From Eledone cirrhosa (Eukaryota): a stretch of DNA of 64,000 nucleotides. Below the pieces are notes generated by a model. It was given only the letters and a program-made list of their open reading frames with translations. It was not told the DNA's origin and did not search any database. The DNA is taken from the NCBI GenBank assembly GCA_964016885.1, contig OZ024751.1:16926001-16990000 (forward strand), given 5' to 3'. The position numbers and the translations under genes were made by a program. Positions 43,081 to 56,657 of this stretch are shown here, piece after piece (the stretch's first letter is position 1; each line of letters opens with the position of its first letter).

Positions 43081-44233
43081 ATAACGTGTGTGTACCAAAG
43101 TGGGCATAGGAAATCACCGCTACTTAAAACGTGGTCAGGGAAATAGAGGCTTCGATTTAAGCAGCGTTTGGATGTCGTATCATATACCCTCAATATAATT
43201 TATAATTCACCAAACATAGAAGCCTGTCCATAACACAAATCTGTTTGTATACGACAGATAATATTAGAAGGGTTGGGAAGAAGCGTCTCGAGAAATATTC
43301 TATGAATGATGACCAAAATACCACACAGAGAAAAGTTCAACAGCAGTAACGCAACTAATTATTGAATGTAAAGCTGTATACTTTTCAGCAAAATTCATAC
43401 ACGTAAATGTTATAAAACTTTAAAATAAGTGTAATATAGGAAACCAAACGTGTTTAACTTTGACAAACAAACTATATATTAGCTATTACGTTGTAGATTG
43501 ATATACTTTTGAAGTACAATGAGGGAAAATACCTGATTAACAAAACTGTGGTCTCTGTACTACATATACATGTGGTACAGACACCACAGTTGTGGCAACA
43601 GATGCAGGTTCCGTGGAATAAACATTGAGGCTATTACACAGAACATTAACAGTATAGTATATTTTGTATAACACACACACACACACACACACCTACACAC
43701 ACACTACACACATAATAAGCAAAACTACTGATGGTTCCTGTCGAAATTCTAATATGTTAACATAACAGGAAATTCATTTGTGTACGTTATATGAAGCCTC
43801 TCTTCGTACTTGAGAATATTCTACGATCGTTTTCCATTTTCATATTTCGTTTATCTTAACTGAAGTCAATGAGTTTTACTTCTACTGACTTTCTATCAAG
43901 GATGACAGTGTTAATGGATTTTCTACTTATCCCCCCTCTCTCTCTTCCTCTCTCTATCTACCTCCCCCCTCTCTCCCTCTCTCTCTCCCTTCCCCCTCTC
44001 TCTCCCCACTCTCTCTCCCCTTTTCTTTCTCTCTTCCTTTGTAAACACACACATACACACATCTGTATGTTTGTATTCATGTATATATATGTATGTGTAT
44101 ATATATATATGTGTGTGTGTCCGTGTATGCCTGTATATATGTGAATAAGTATATATGTATATATATATAGATAAGTATATATGTATATATATATATATAG
44201 AGAGAGAGAGATATGTATATATATAGATAAGTA

Positions 44234-44265
<32 letters not shown>

Positions 44266-44465
44266 GATACGTATATATATATGTATATATATATATATAT
44301 ATATAGATACGTATATATATATATATAGAGATACGTATATATATATAGAGAGAGAGATACGTATATATATATATATATATATATATAGATACGTATATAT
44401 ATGTATATATATAGATAAGTATATATGTATATATATAGAGATACGTATAAATATATAGATAAGTA

Positions 44466-44513
<48 letters not shown>

Positions 44514-44518
<5 letters not shown>

Positions 44519-45082
44519 AAAAGTATGACCCCGACGGCAGAGCTCAAACCGTTTCGACGTCTATTCCTGAGTTGCCTTATCCTAGAAGAATGCCCTGACA
44601 AAGGCTAGGGGTCCTTCACTCCCAGTAGTTTAACCGTGTGATCGGGTATCCAGCCCGATTATTTTATGTCCCCACGCATATACATACACACGCATACATG
44701 CATATACATATATACATATGTATTTACATATTTACACATACATACATGATGGCTGCAACTTGATTTCGAGTAATGAATGACATTGGCGGGGACGACGCAC
44801 GTGGTGGTGGAATGTTGGGGTGGGGACGACGGAAGGGTGAGGGAGATGAGGAGTAAGGAAGTATTATTAAGGTGTATGAAGGAGATTGACACAAACTTGC
44901 AGGTAGGGCCCTAAGTGTTGCTCTACTTCTTCACTTACCACCTTGAGTCCAGAAATAGCCGTCGAAAGGGCTTGAGCTCTGCCGTCGGGGTCATACTTTT
45001 TCCTATTTCCCACTCTACTACCCTAAGTATTGAGTACTCTGGTTCGTTATGGTCCATCTGATTCCTTACCACAATTCCTTTG

Positions 45083-45083
<1 letters not shown>
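44514..45083 (+). mobile_element. Fold-back PLE-like terminus (family H5) with heterologous filler
   Basis: Arms at 44514-44565 and 44954-45005, ~78 nt tail, TA flanks. Contains the 3' half of a hammerhead (GAAA.GGC..GCCGTC). Confidence 0.7.
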
Positions 45084-45125
<42 letters not shown>

Positions 45126-45294
45126 AAAGATAAACAGAAATATCAACACAATCGGTACAGTCTATGGAAGGTATATATTAATTTAACGCTTGATATATAT
45201 GTATATATATAAGTATATACTATACCTAATGTACATATATAATGTATATGTATATATATGTCTGTGTACGCATCTATATATATGTGTGTATATA

Positions 45295-46550
45295 GCGTCC
45301 GTCACTTACTACCGCCTGACTGTCGTGCCTTGCCCTAAGGAAACACTCACCACCATGGAACGCATGCTCTTCCAATTTCTTTGGAAGAAGCGTCCTCCTA
45401 TGGTGAGAAGATCCATCTGCTGCCAACAACCTTCGAAAGGAGGGCTGGGGATGCCGTGGTTGATGATGCGTAGGCACGCATTAAGGCTACGGCACCTACA
45501 GGTATTCCTCACTGGTCAACCGGTGTGGGCTCCGTTCGTGAAACGAGCCTTTCCGAGACTCGTCTCACTCACCGAGCTACAGTCCTGGGTCAAGCAAAGA
45601 TCCGGAAAACTGGGAGACTGGCACACTGAGTGTGCTCAGGCGCTCAGGGCTCTCTGGCAAGCGGGCCGGGCCATCGGTGGAGAATCCACCTCATCATTCT
45701 ATAGAGGGCTGGTGGCTAGCAGGGGCGATGACACCCTTGGAGAGTCGCTGGACATGGAAGAAGACGAACTGGCCAGCCTGTTCGGTAGGACTTTCGGCCC
45801 AAGACCAATGGACAACTTCCAGAAGTCACTGGCCTGGCAGTGCTACCGAGGGGCTCTACCCGTTCGAGAGAGGCTCTACAGACACGGGCGCCCGGGCAGG
45901 GATCCCTCAAAAAAGATTTGCCCTAGATGCGTGCGTCACGAAGAAACCGTGGCGCACGCATTGGTGCAATGTCCGGGCGTGGCTGATCTGTGGGGCTACG
46001 CCGAACAACTGCTGTCGCGGGTGGCGCCGATTAAATTGACAGCCGAGTCCGTGATGACAATCAAACCGCCTCCCCTCTTCACAAAGGAAGCAAAGGCGGT
46101 TTTTCTGTGCGTAATAGCCATGTTGAAAGAGGTTGTTTGGTGGACACGATTGAAAGGTCTGAGGTCAGGCAACTTCCTCTCTGGCCATAGTCTGGTCTAC
46201 TTCTTCCGATATCACTTCGGAAGAAGGATAAGAATGGAGAGAGAGGTGCTTGGCCACAGGCAGTTTTATGAAAGGTGGGTGATAGTGGCGAGAATGGCTC
46301 GTGTAAATGGGCCTTCTCTGTATACCATCCTGTAGGTAAAGAAGTAAAGGAGAGGGGAGCACCTTCTCCATGTGCTCCCCGGGCAAAGGATTGCACACTT
46401 TTTCGGGGGTGTGTGCAACCCCCATCACGTCCCCTCCCTTTTGAGGTTATTTTCGATTATTTTCATGTTACACCCTTTTTACTCGATTATATGTAAACTC
46501 CCCCTTTGTATTTGTCCCTTCTTTTTATGCCTTTATGGTAAATAAAGAAA
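45295..46550 (+). mobile_element. 5'-truncated L1/Tx1-clade LINE: ORF2 C-terminus with zf-RVT-like domain (open to 46335) and 3' UTR
   Basis: FQFLWKKRPPMVRRSICCQQPSKGGLGMP, then AWQCYRGALPVRERL and CPRCVRHEETVAHALVQC (C-x2-C-x7-H-x4-C). GC-rich island with AATAAA at ~46541, followed by TA-rich sequence. Confidence 0.9.
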
Positions 46551-47555
46551 TCTATATATATGTGTGTATAAGTATATACATATGTGTTAAGTATATATGT
46601 ATATTTATGTATATAATGTATATGTATATATAATGTATTTATATATATGTGTGTGTGTGTGTTTGTATGTATCTGTCTACGTGCGTGTCTGTGTGTCTGT
46701 GTGTGTGTTTGTATGTATCTGTCTGCGTGCGTGTATGTGTGTCTGTGTGTATAATTCCATTCATGTAATCATTCAGACCTTCTCTGATTGTAATATGTGG
46801 TATGTACCTCTATATATACATATTCACACACATATATACATACATACTTACGCACAAAGTAATAGGTAAATAATATATACATACATACATAGACACATAT
46901 CTATCTGTCTATTTATGGATACATATACATATTTACACACATATATACATACTTAGGTAGATACATACTTACGTACATACATACTTACGGGTACTTACGT
47001 ACATATATACACACAAAATAATAGGTAAATAATGCAGTTGACATTCTTCTACTTCAAATACCATTCTTGTATTCGTTTTGCATTTTTCCATTGTTCGCTA
47101 TAAATGTCTTTAACACTGCCTGTACATACATTTCTATAGAAATAATGATTTTCGACACTACATAGTGGCTTGCAGGCTTCTTGCCCAAAACAGAAATACA
47201 AGAGAGGTCATATAACAAAGGAACTTAATTTGGTTGTATTAATGGAGTCAGTTCTAGAGATTATTCAACGATCTTTTTTCGTTTGCAATTATTTTAACGA
47301 ATGTCAAGGATCTTAGGTCACTTTGACATTTTTTGGATGAAAGTACTCACGGACTTTATATCTCTCTCCCCTTTCTCTTTATGTAATCTGTTTATATATA
47401 TATATATATTTATATAAACACACACATACACACATATATGTGTATCCCTCGCCCTCGCCCTCGCTCCCTCTCCCCCTCCCCCTCTCTATATCTCCCTCTC
47501 TCTCCTTCTACCCCCTCCCCATCTCACCCACCCTCCCCACCCTCAACCCCCCCTA

Positions 47556-47608
<53 letters not shown>

Positions 47609-47947
47609 AGCATGAGTTTCAGAGCTAGTACCAGTTACATCTCAGGGTACTCGATAGGTAATGTTATGAAACATCCCAGAGTAGACACATAGTTATTCGC
47701 TTCAATACAACACACGTAAATGGGTACCTCCAATTTATACCCGTACTCGAGTTTCGGCCACACTTAATGCACCAATCGAGTGCACAGCATCCTCTGCCTT
47801 CATTTATTATGCAACAATGCACAATCGGCGCATGTTACTTCATCAGTGGGTTTCGCTTAACCAATAACCAATCGATAGACAGACGGTCGACACAGTAATA
47901 CATTAGCAACTAGAATATACATACATATTCATATATAAATATTAAAT

Positions 47948-48047
47948 ATAGAAATCGCTTCTACAGGATTAGATCTGTTTAATTCTGGAGAAATCATCAG
48001 GAAGCCTGATCATTTCTTCCGATCATTTCATTAGTCCTGTAGAAGCC

Positions 48048-48052
<5 letters not shown>
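47948..48052 (-). ncRNA. Degenerate hammerhead fold-back related to family H6
   Basis: Reverse strand: GCTTC-CTGATGA-TTTCT CC AGAAT-TAAA-CAG..CTG-T-A-GAAGC. G12 is mutated. Confidence 0.6.
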
Positions 48053-48104
<52 letters not shown>

Positions 48105-48440
48105 TGTATGTATAGTATATTTTGCAATATACCGTATGTTTAATTAAAAACATTTAGAAGACCATACGCTGTCGGTTTTAAAGTACTGACTGTCACTTAC
48201 TTGTTTTCGGCGAAAGAAGGGAGAGATGATAACAGTATGTTTCACGCTGGTTGGCGATCATCAGAGCCACGCACCCCCTGCTTCCACCGAAAATTATAGA
48301 AGTTGAATTCTTATAGAATTCCAGTAATAATCAGGAGCTGATTGTACAGAGCGATTGCAGGTCCAGCAAAAATTAGGTATTAGGATTGGTGCTCTGAAAT
48401 AGCGATGAATACATGAATGTATGTATAGTATATTTGGTAA

Positions 48441-48488
<48 letters not shown>

Positions 48489-48891
48489 GCATAGAACGTA
48501 CTCGAATACATACACACACACACACACATATATTGATATGTATATATGACATGAAGCAAAATTAAAATGTCTCGATTTCTTTGTTCTGAAAAAGCTCAAT
48601 GGAAGTAAACTCCTGACCTCAATTATACATGAATATTAAGGAAATCAAATCAAATCATATAACGTAATACTTATAACAGGTGCAACAGTATTTAGAATAT
48701 AAAACATAATTCTTACATAACTTATTATATCCCACCTATTCCTATACAGCTGTTTCAAATCTCAAAGAAAAATTACCGAAATACCTTGCTTAAAATAAAG
48801 GCAAAACAAAAGGAATTTAAGAGATTTACTACTATAAACTATAGTTTATATATTTTTTTTTAGATAAAAACTGTATAAATATGATATTATT

Positions 48892-49288
48892 TGGGCGGTG
48901 GATTGGCAGTATCGGTGGAGGGGAGGACGCCTTGCTTTGCAGCATAGAGTTACGGCCCTTTATATTCTGAGTTCAAATCCCACCGAGGTTAACTTTGCCT
49001 TTCAACCTTACGGAGTCGATAAAATAGAGTACCAGTAATACACTGGATTAATTGCTGGCCTTGTGCCAAAAGTAGAAACAATTATTTACAGTAACAATAA
49101 TTATAATAATTGTTTCTACTTTTGGCTCAAGGCCAGCAATTACCAAGTACATTACTGCTACTTTATTTTATCGACCCCTGGAAGGATGAAAGGCAAAGTT
49201 AACCTCGGCGAGATTTGAACTCAGACCGTTAAGGACCGTAACTCTGTGCTGGAAAGCATGGGTTCCAACTCTCTACCGATACTGCCAA
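48892..49288. mobile_element. Tail-to-tail pair of SINE family A (48892-49086 +, 49107-49288 -)
   Basis: Two near-full-length copies in inverted orientation, ~20 bp apart. Confidence 0.85.
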
Positions 49289-49495
49289 ATGACAACTATA
49301 ATGATGGCAATAATAGAAAAAAGGGAAACAAATGGAAAGAAAGAATCGGGAAATATAGAGAAAAGGAGAGAAAGATCGAAGGGGAGGGGATGGCCAGAGC
49401 TCTAGTGTCGCAGAAGACGGAGGAGGTGTGAAGGGGAAAGGTTATTGGGCTTTGGGCCTAGTGTAAGACGGCAGATAAAGTCCTTTATTGATAAG

Positions 49496-49570
49496 GTTGT
49501 GATACATATTTCATTAACAACAGTGGCCATGTGATTACGTGCAACGAGTGTCATGAACTCATCAGACAGC
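49496..49570 (-). ncRNA. Hammerhead motif followed by AATAAA
   Basis: Reverse strand: GCTGT-CTGATGA-GTTCATGACA...TGTTGTTAAT-GAAA-TA TG TA-T-C-ACAAC, AUC triplet. Confidence 0.55.
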
Positions 49571-50639
49571 TTCATTACATAATAACCTTACGTTCTCGAG
49601 ACAATCCAAACTAAACGAGAAGAGAACGGACAAAGATGATGATTGAAAAGCCTTCGCCCGTTCCCTTGTGTTTATATATATATATATATATATACACAAG
49701 GGAACGGGCGAAGAGTGCGCTATGTATAAAACAGTGCTATTTAATTCGAAAGTGAACAATACGTTGTTCAATTTTTATATATATATATTCATACACATAT
49801 ACAAGGTATAAGACATAGTGTCAACATTGAGTCATTCCTGTGCTAAAATGAATAAGGGTTATACTATTCTTAGACTAATAACAACTTATCCATATTTATC
49901 AAGCTGCATCGAAAGAAACTCCTTCGATATGTATTTCTGCCCCTGTTGCAACTTCTACCTAAGTATATCTACTAATATTGACTGATTAGTACAGCCTCAT
50001 GCACTATGCCTTATTTGATATTCTTGTCGTAGTTCGGTATTCTCAAATATTGATGAACAATTTGATTTTTCAGTCCAACTATGTTTTTATTAGTTTGCTT
50101 TCTTCATTTCTGTTATGTTGTATTTCAACTTTTCAACCATCATTCTTTTTTATATGATATTGAATAACATGTCTTTTATTTCTGTGGTTGAATGCAAAGC
50201 AGTTTTTTCATATATATTATCTAAAAAAAAATATATTATGTATATATACACAAGACAGTATGTAATTCTACGTAAGATTTTCCCAGGAAACGTCTCAGTT
50301 TGTATGGAATAATGTACCTTTGTGAAAGCATTCGATCCATTTATTCTATACTTTGTAAAGATCCCCACAGCGCATTATTTCAAAGCTGGGTCCATTCATT
50401 GGCAATATATTATATAATCTATTTTACGTTTTCCAATTAAACATATTCTAATATACACATCATTTCCAAAGATTTGAATGTCACAAATTCCAATTTCCAC
50501 TCTGTTACAAATATCGAATGAACAGTTTAGGGAATTTAGATCTATTTTACGGAGACATATTCTCAGTTTCACTTCGAAATAAAATTATTCTTGGCGAATT
50601 TGCAACTAATTAAATGGTTAAACAGAACCACGACTATAT

Positions 50640-50748
50640 GCGTCCTGGAAGCCGAAGGCTGGTTGTTTATTATTTTTCAAAGTTTTGGTTGAAAAAATTA
50701 GGGTGCGCCCTCGACGACGAAGCATCTTCGTCCTCAGGAAATACAGTA
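50640..50748. mobile_element. Possible Tc1/pogo-type MITE end
   Basis: aaaaaattagggtgcg...cttcgtcctcaggaaatacagTA resembles pogo/Tigger-type termini. The partner end was not found. Confidence 0.35.
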
Positions 50749-51565
50749 ATCAAATCCATATCACAGAATTAACTGTTCTCCTATTCATTTTGATTTTAAT
50801 AATTACATGTTCCTACGTTTAGTTCCGGGTAAGGTACTATCTAGGATAATTTCCATACAATATTAGGTTCAACAGTTTTCTTTATACCACAAATGAAGTG
50901 TCCCATTTTATATCCGAAGGGGGAACGAATGGAAAATCGTTTCAGAAATGCGGGTCTAAAATTTCCCATTCTGTTAGTTGTGCATTGGTGAAGGCATACA
51001 CCAGTATTACAATCACAGAAAGAATTTAAGAGAATTATGTAGAAAAGGATCGAAAATAGTGTTGCGGTAGATATATCAGCCTGTTTCACTCGGTTTTCAA
51101 GTCAGATTATAGATGATAATTTAGCATTGAAATTTTCAATTTGTTTTTTCTCATCACAGTGATTTTGCTGGCCTGTTACTTAGTTGTATTTTATATGAGG
51201 TTCTTCAGATATTTTAATGATTGGAGCTTCGGTTCTATAGTGAAAGAAAACATGAAATGAAGCATCTTGCCGAAGAAAAAAACGGGCTACTCGATCCAGA
51301 ATCAAAGTGACAAGTTTCTGATTTTAAGTCCAACGCCGTTACCTATTTGGCCAGGAGCATTCAAAGTTTTGAGTAGGCATCAAATCTTTCTGAATATATA
51401 ATTCAGTACCTTCGTCTTAAATGTGTCAAAGCCCTTTGTAAGTTCAGTAATCACCATGGCTGCTTCACTAAGTCTGTATATAGTCAAATAGACTGAGGGA
51501 TATATATATATATATATATATATATGAAGATCCGCATAAGGTGAAACAATTTTCTCGGTATATAT

Positions 51566-51893
51566 ATATCAATGATATTAATAAATGGAAACTATATTTA
51601 TAAAACCATATTTATTCTATTATATATAAGTCAAGGGTACCAAACGAGATCTTAACGTTCCTGGATATGCCAATATTTATAAAACAAACTTTGTATTTTA
51701 TCTGATGAGGGGGTACCAAAGTTTTGGTACCCTTGATATATATATATATATGATAGAATAAATATGGTTTTATAAATATAGTTTCCATTTATTAATATCA
51801 TTGATATTATACACCACAAAACTTGTCGAGTGCTTCGAATCAGTTATAAATATATATATTTGTTGAATTACCAACAAATTAAATATCCCTTTG

Positions 51894-51896
<3 letters not shown>
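51566..51896 (+). mobile_element. Fold-back PLE-like terminus related to family H4, degenerate hammerhead at 51694-51760
   Basis: TATTTTAT-CTGATGA-GGGGGTACCAAA GT TTTGGTACCCTT-GATA(TA)n-ATAGAATA. Inverted arm at 51566-51644; the tail is homologous to 14918-15005. Confidence 0.7.
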
Positions 51897-51926
<30 letters not shown>

Positions 51927-52205
51927 TACAAACCACTCTCTCCCATTTCTCCAACCCCTGCATATCTCTCTCTCTCTCTCTCCCTCTCCCCTTCTTTCTC
52001 TCTTCCTTTTCTACTCTATCTTCCCCAATAACCTCACTTAAGGGTATTTACATTTTACATTTTAACCATTCTACTCTGATGATACAGTGGTCACAGCATT
52101 TGATAATTGAGTTTTGCAAATAGTTATAAATTTGCACATAGCATAACTAGGCTGTATAACCACCTTGGAAACATTTGTAATGATGTCTACCTGTTATTAT
52201 TCATT

Positions 52206-52276
<71 letters not shown>

Positions 52277-52433
52277 GAGAGATGTATATATGTATAGATA
52301 AATTAATAGAGAGAGAGCAACCTTGAATAATCAAGAATTATACAAAAATAAAAAAAGTTACCTTCTGTCGTGTAGTGAGGGAACGAGCTGGAAATATCGT
52401 CCCCGTTAAGATATAAGAAAGAGAGAACAAAAA

Positions 52434-52552
52434 TAATCGTTTCTACATAAGGCACAAGGCCAGCAATTAACCCAGTGTATTACTCGTACTTTATTTTATC
52501 GACCCCGTAAGGATGAAAGGTAAAGTCAACCTCGGCGGGATTTGAACTCAGA
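52434..52552 (-). mobile_element. 5'-truncated SINE family A
   Basis: B box to tail only. Confidence 0.8.
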
Positions 52553-52800
52553 TTGTATTATATATGTAATATTTATATATCAAAAGAGGAAACTACAAAT
52601 TCAACTTTCTTTGCTCCAGTCTACAATTTACATATGATATACATTTTTTTCTATGCTGTAGTAAATGAAAAATAAGTTCATTTGTCAATATCTTTACTTA
52701 TCTCTGAAGGTACCTAAATAGTTTCAGGAAAAGGAAAATATGCATGTATGCGTATACGTTCATATATCATATCTTTTAATATGTAAGACATTTTACATAA

Positions 52801-53245
52801 TAGACCTGAAAAATGCGCAAGCTCAAAAGAGCCACATAATGTTATAATAAACCTTCAAAAGTATGGGACTAGAGTTGTTGCTAAAAAATATTGTAATCAT
52901 TATCTATCGTACATTCTGTGGCATCATTTTATAAAAAAGAGACTCATAACGAACTCAAGACGACACGATAATTATTTAAGCTAATGTTCAATATCTCATA
53001 TTAGATATTTAGTAATGATTAATACGGAATGCACTTAAACCGAATTCTATATTATAAATTCACTTAAATAATTATCGCGTCCTTTTGAGTTCGTTATGAG
53101 TCTCGTTTTTTCTATAAAAGGATGCCACGGAGTGTACGATAGATAATGATTACAATACTTTTGAGCAACAACTCTACTCCCACACTTTTGAAGGTTTATT
53201 ATAATATGCTGTGGCTCTTTTGAGCTTGCGCATTTTTCAGGTCTA
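52801..53245. mobile_element. MITE-like fold-back with ~180 bp diverged arms
   Basis: tagacctgaaaaatgcgcaagctcaaaagagccac...ttatttaag (52801-52980) is mirrored at 53063-53245, with an ~80 bp spacer. Confidence 0.75.
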
Positions 53246-54478
53246 GTTTAATATTTTTTAAGGCAAAGCTTGTAATAACTCTAGTTAAACATGATATATA
53301 TTAATAATAAATTATCGTTGTAATGTAATTAGATTATACAATTGTTATCGCTGTAACGTAATTAGATTATATAATTGTTATTTTATAAATGATCTTATAA
53401 ATATTATTGTAAGATGTATAAACATATTTTCAGACTTTTAATATAAACAACTACAAAAAACAATGAATATTAAATAAATATATTTGTACATAATAATTGT
53501 TATAGTTGAATTAATAAAAATTAAATATTACATACAAATAATCTAACATAATAATAAAAACATAATCTAACATAATAATATTAAAATAATCTAACATAAA
53601 ACGAACAATAATATGGACAAATATACAAGTAAATATGATACAATCAAATATTATAAGCATGTTATAACGAACTGAAAAAAAATAGTTAATATAAATTTAA
53701 AAAATCATATATAAATTAACAATATAACTTACCTAAACAAGAACAATATTTTGATGATAAACGACGAAATACTAGAAGATTCGAAGCGAAACGATAAATA
53801 AACGTGCAAACAAAATGGTCGATGCTTTTGAGCAACAATTACTCTCGTTGGTTGATTAGTCAATAAGACGATGAAATTAGCCAATAAGACGATACATTAC
53901 AAAATATGTTTGGCAGGGATCACCACAGCCAGCGATGCCCCTTGAATTTTTTTATTCACAAGCTATGCATGTATGTCAACAAGACACGCTGACTTAAAAC
54001 ATTCTGTTGTTAGTCACTGCGTATCTAACAGATGCTTACACAGTTATACTTGTACATATATAGCAACAATTGACGTAATACACTTAAACTGTGTCGTCAA
54101 GTGGAGGTTTTTCTTTTCTTTTAGATTAAATATATATCTTCTTGTTCGGGGTAAGGGTGTGGACATGTATCTATATCTTTCGATGATTTTGCTCTTTACA
54201 TTTCCAGTTCATTTCCCACCGAGGTGAACTTTGCTTTCATCCTTACACAGCACCTTTTTGATTTCCATGTGTCTAACACACGTGGGCATGCTTACAAATT
54301 CAGAAAATAGGACAGCTCCCATGACTTTCGGAAACATTTTTTGCAGTAAAACGTCCTAATATAACTGCTTCCAACGCTCATACACACGCACACACACACA
54401 CAAACACGCACACACACACGCACACACACGCAGAAACACGCACACACACAAACACACACACACACAAACAAACACAAT

Positions 54479-54514
<36 letters not shown>

Positions 54515-54517
<3 letters not shown>

Positions 54518-54643
54518 AGGTAAACCAGAAAACAAAAAGAATAACGAAGAGTAAAGTACAAAATGTTAGTATTAGGTTCACGCTTGAGAGTGGGGGACGA
54601 CGTTTCGGGCATAAGCCCATCATCAGGAGAAAAGGGGGAAGGA

Positions 54644-54648
<5 letters not shown>
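54515..54648 (-). ncRNA. PLE-like terminus (H3-related) with minimal hammerhead core
   Basis: Reverse strand CTGATGA-T GGGC TTAT GCCC-GAAACGTC, then tcaagcgtgaacctaata as in H3. Helix I is imperfect. Confidence 0.65.
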
Positions 54649-54674
<26 letters not shown>

Positions 54675-55334
54675 CGTGTGTGTGATATGTCAATTCTGTA
54701 GAATCATTTATAACTCTATTACAGCTGAACCGCACAATTTCTTCTCTCTTACAATAGCATGTAATTCTCATTCCCAAACCTTAATTTATTTATTTATGTA
54801 CACAAGAGAAAGTTTAACTTGAAAACCTACGTCCACCAATGAATATCATTTAATTCTATGCCACCTGCAGTAACATACAACGGCATTCATTCAAATATTA
54901 CACGGAAAATTAGTATTTAATTATTATTATATTTATTATTTTTATTCTAATCGCCAAAAACAATTACCCATCTTTGTGTAGCATAACGATATTTTAAGCG
55001 ACACCCAAACATTCACTTACTTTCACAAACTGAAATAAATATTTTCAAATAATTCTACCTACATTTGGCGGAAGTCCAGAGATTTGATCGACCCCACTGC
55101 GTTACTGGTACTGTATTTCGTCGACCGTGTAAAGATAAAAAAGGCAAAGCTAACATCTGCGTGACATGGACTCAGGAGGTAAAAGACCGTAACCCTATAC
55201 CGCAATATATGTTATCCGATGATCTACCGATACTGTTTGGTTAAAGCTGAATACGCTGTTAGTAAAGATTTATATCAATATTTATTTTTGTATGAATTGA
55301 TATAAATGTATCGGAATAAGTGTGGTGTGGAGGT

Positions 55335-55858
55335 TGTGGTGTATGCGGCGCACTATTTCATTATGTGGTGTATGCAGAGCACTATTTCATTATGTGGTGT
55401 ATGCAGCGCACTATTTCATTATGTGGTGTATGCAGCGCACTATTTCATTATGTGGTGTATGCAGAGCACTATTTCATTATGTGGTGTATGCAGCGCACTA
55501 TTTCATTATGTGGTGTATGCATAGCACTATTTCATTATGTGGTGTATGCAGCGCACTATTTCATTATGTGGTGTATGCAGAGCACTATTTCATTATGTGG
55601 TGTTTGCAGCGCACTATTTCATTATGTGGTGTTTGCAGAGCACTATTTCATTATGTGGTGTATGCAGAGCACTATTTCATTATGTGGTGTATGCAGAGCA
55701 CTATTTCATTATGTGGTGTATGCAGAGCACTATTTCATTATGTGGTGTATGCAGAGCACTATTTCATTATGTGGTGTATGCAGAGCACTATTTCATTATG
55801 TGGTGTATGCAGAGCACTATTTCATTATGTGGTGTATGCAGAGCACTATTTCATTATG
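55335..55858. repeat. 29 bp minisatellite, ~18 copies
   Basis: Unit tatgtggtgtatgcag(a/c)gcactatttcat, nearly homogeneous. Confidence 0.95.
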
Positions 55859-56236
55859 AAGCTCATACGAATATATAAATATTTATAGTGTGGTACAAAC
55901 TATAACTTCTGTATATGCATGTGTTTGCCTACACATTTTTATACATATATGCATTCTCATACACACACGCACACGCGGACACATACACACACACGCACAC
56001 GCACACACACACGTGTGTGTGTAACCACAGAAATAAGGTATTCAATACGTAGGAGAGAATATGCAATGTTTAATATAGAAATGGCTTCTACTAAACTAGA
56101 ACTGTTTTATTTGAAGGAGAAGTGTGTGTGTGTATATATGTATACACATATGATTATATATATATTTATATACACGTGTATACATATATATCACTGTATT
56201 TGTATATATATCTATATATGTATATATATATATATG

Positions 56237-56267
<31 letters not shown>

Positions 56268-56498
56268 ATATATATAAAAATATATATATATATATACGTA
56301 TATATATATGTGACTGAATATGTACTTGTATATTTGTGTATATAAGTTTATATATACACAAATATATGTATATACATATATACAAATACAGATACAGCCA
56401 TAAATATATGTCTATATATGTGTGTATGTATGTATATATATATAAATATATATATACATAATAAATATGTATATATATATAATATATATGTATATATA

Positions 56499-56531
<33 letters not shown>

Positions 56532-56601
56532 CGTGTATATATATGACTGTATTTGTACATATGTGTATATTTATATATATATATATATATACGTGTATAT
56601 G

Positions 56602-56657
<56 letters not shown>

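Noticed and set aside
43544-43591. 22 bp-arm hairpin (miRNA-like)
   Set aside because: Too short, with no supporting context; many such hairpins arise from repeats here.
48227-48272. Minus-strand CTGATGA-TCGC..GCGT-GAAACA..TGTT (and 52071-52185 +)
   Set aside because: Core and helices II/III are present but helix I does not pair. Probably decayed copies, so not listed as features.
49830-51100. Possible host exon or old LINE coding remnant
   Set aside because: No recognisable motif or sustained reading frame by eye; needs BLASTx.
55306-55888. Repetitive Cys/His-rich ORFs; superficially CRISPR-like 29 bp repeat
   Set aside because: Head-to-tail minisatellite with no spacers. The same peptide appears in all frames, there are no cas genes, and the context is eukaryotic.
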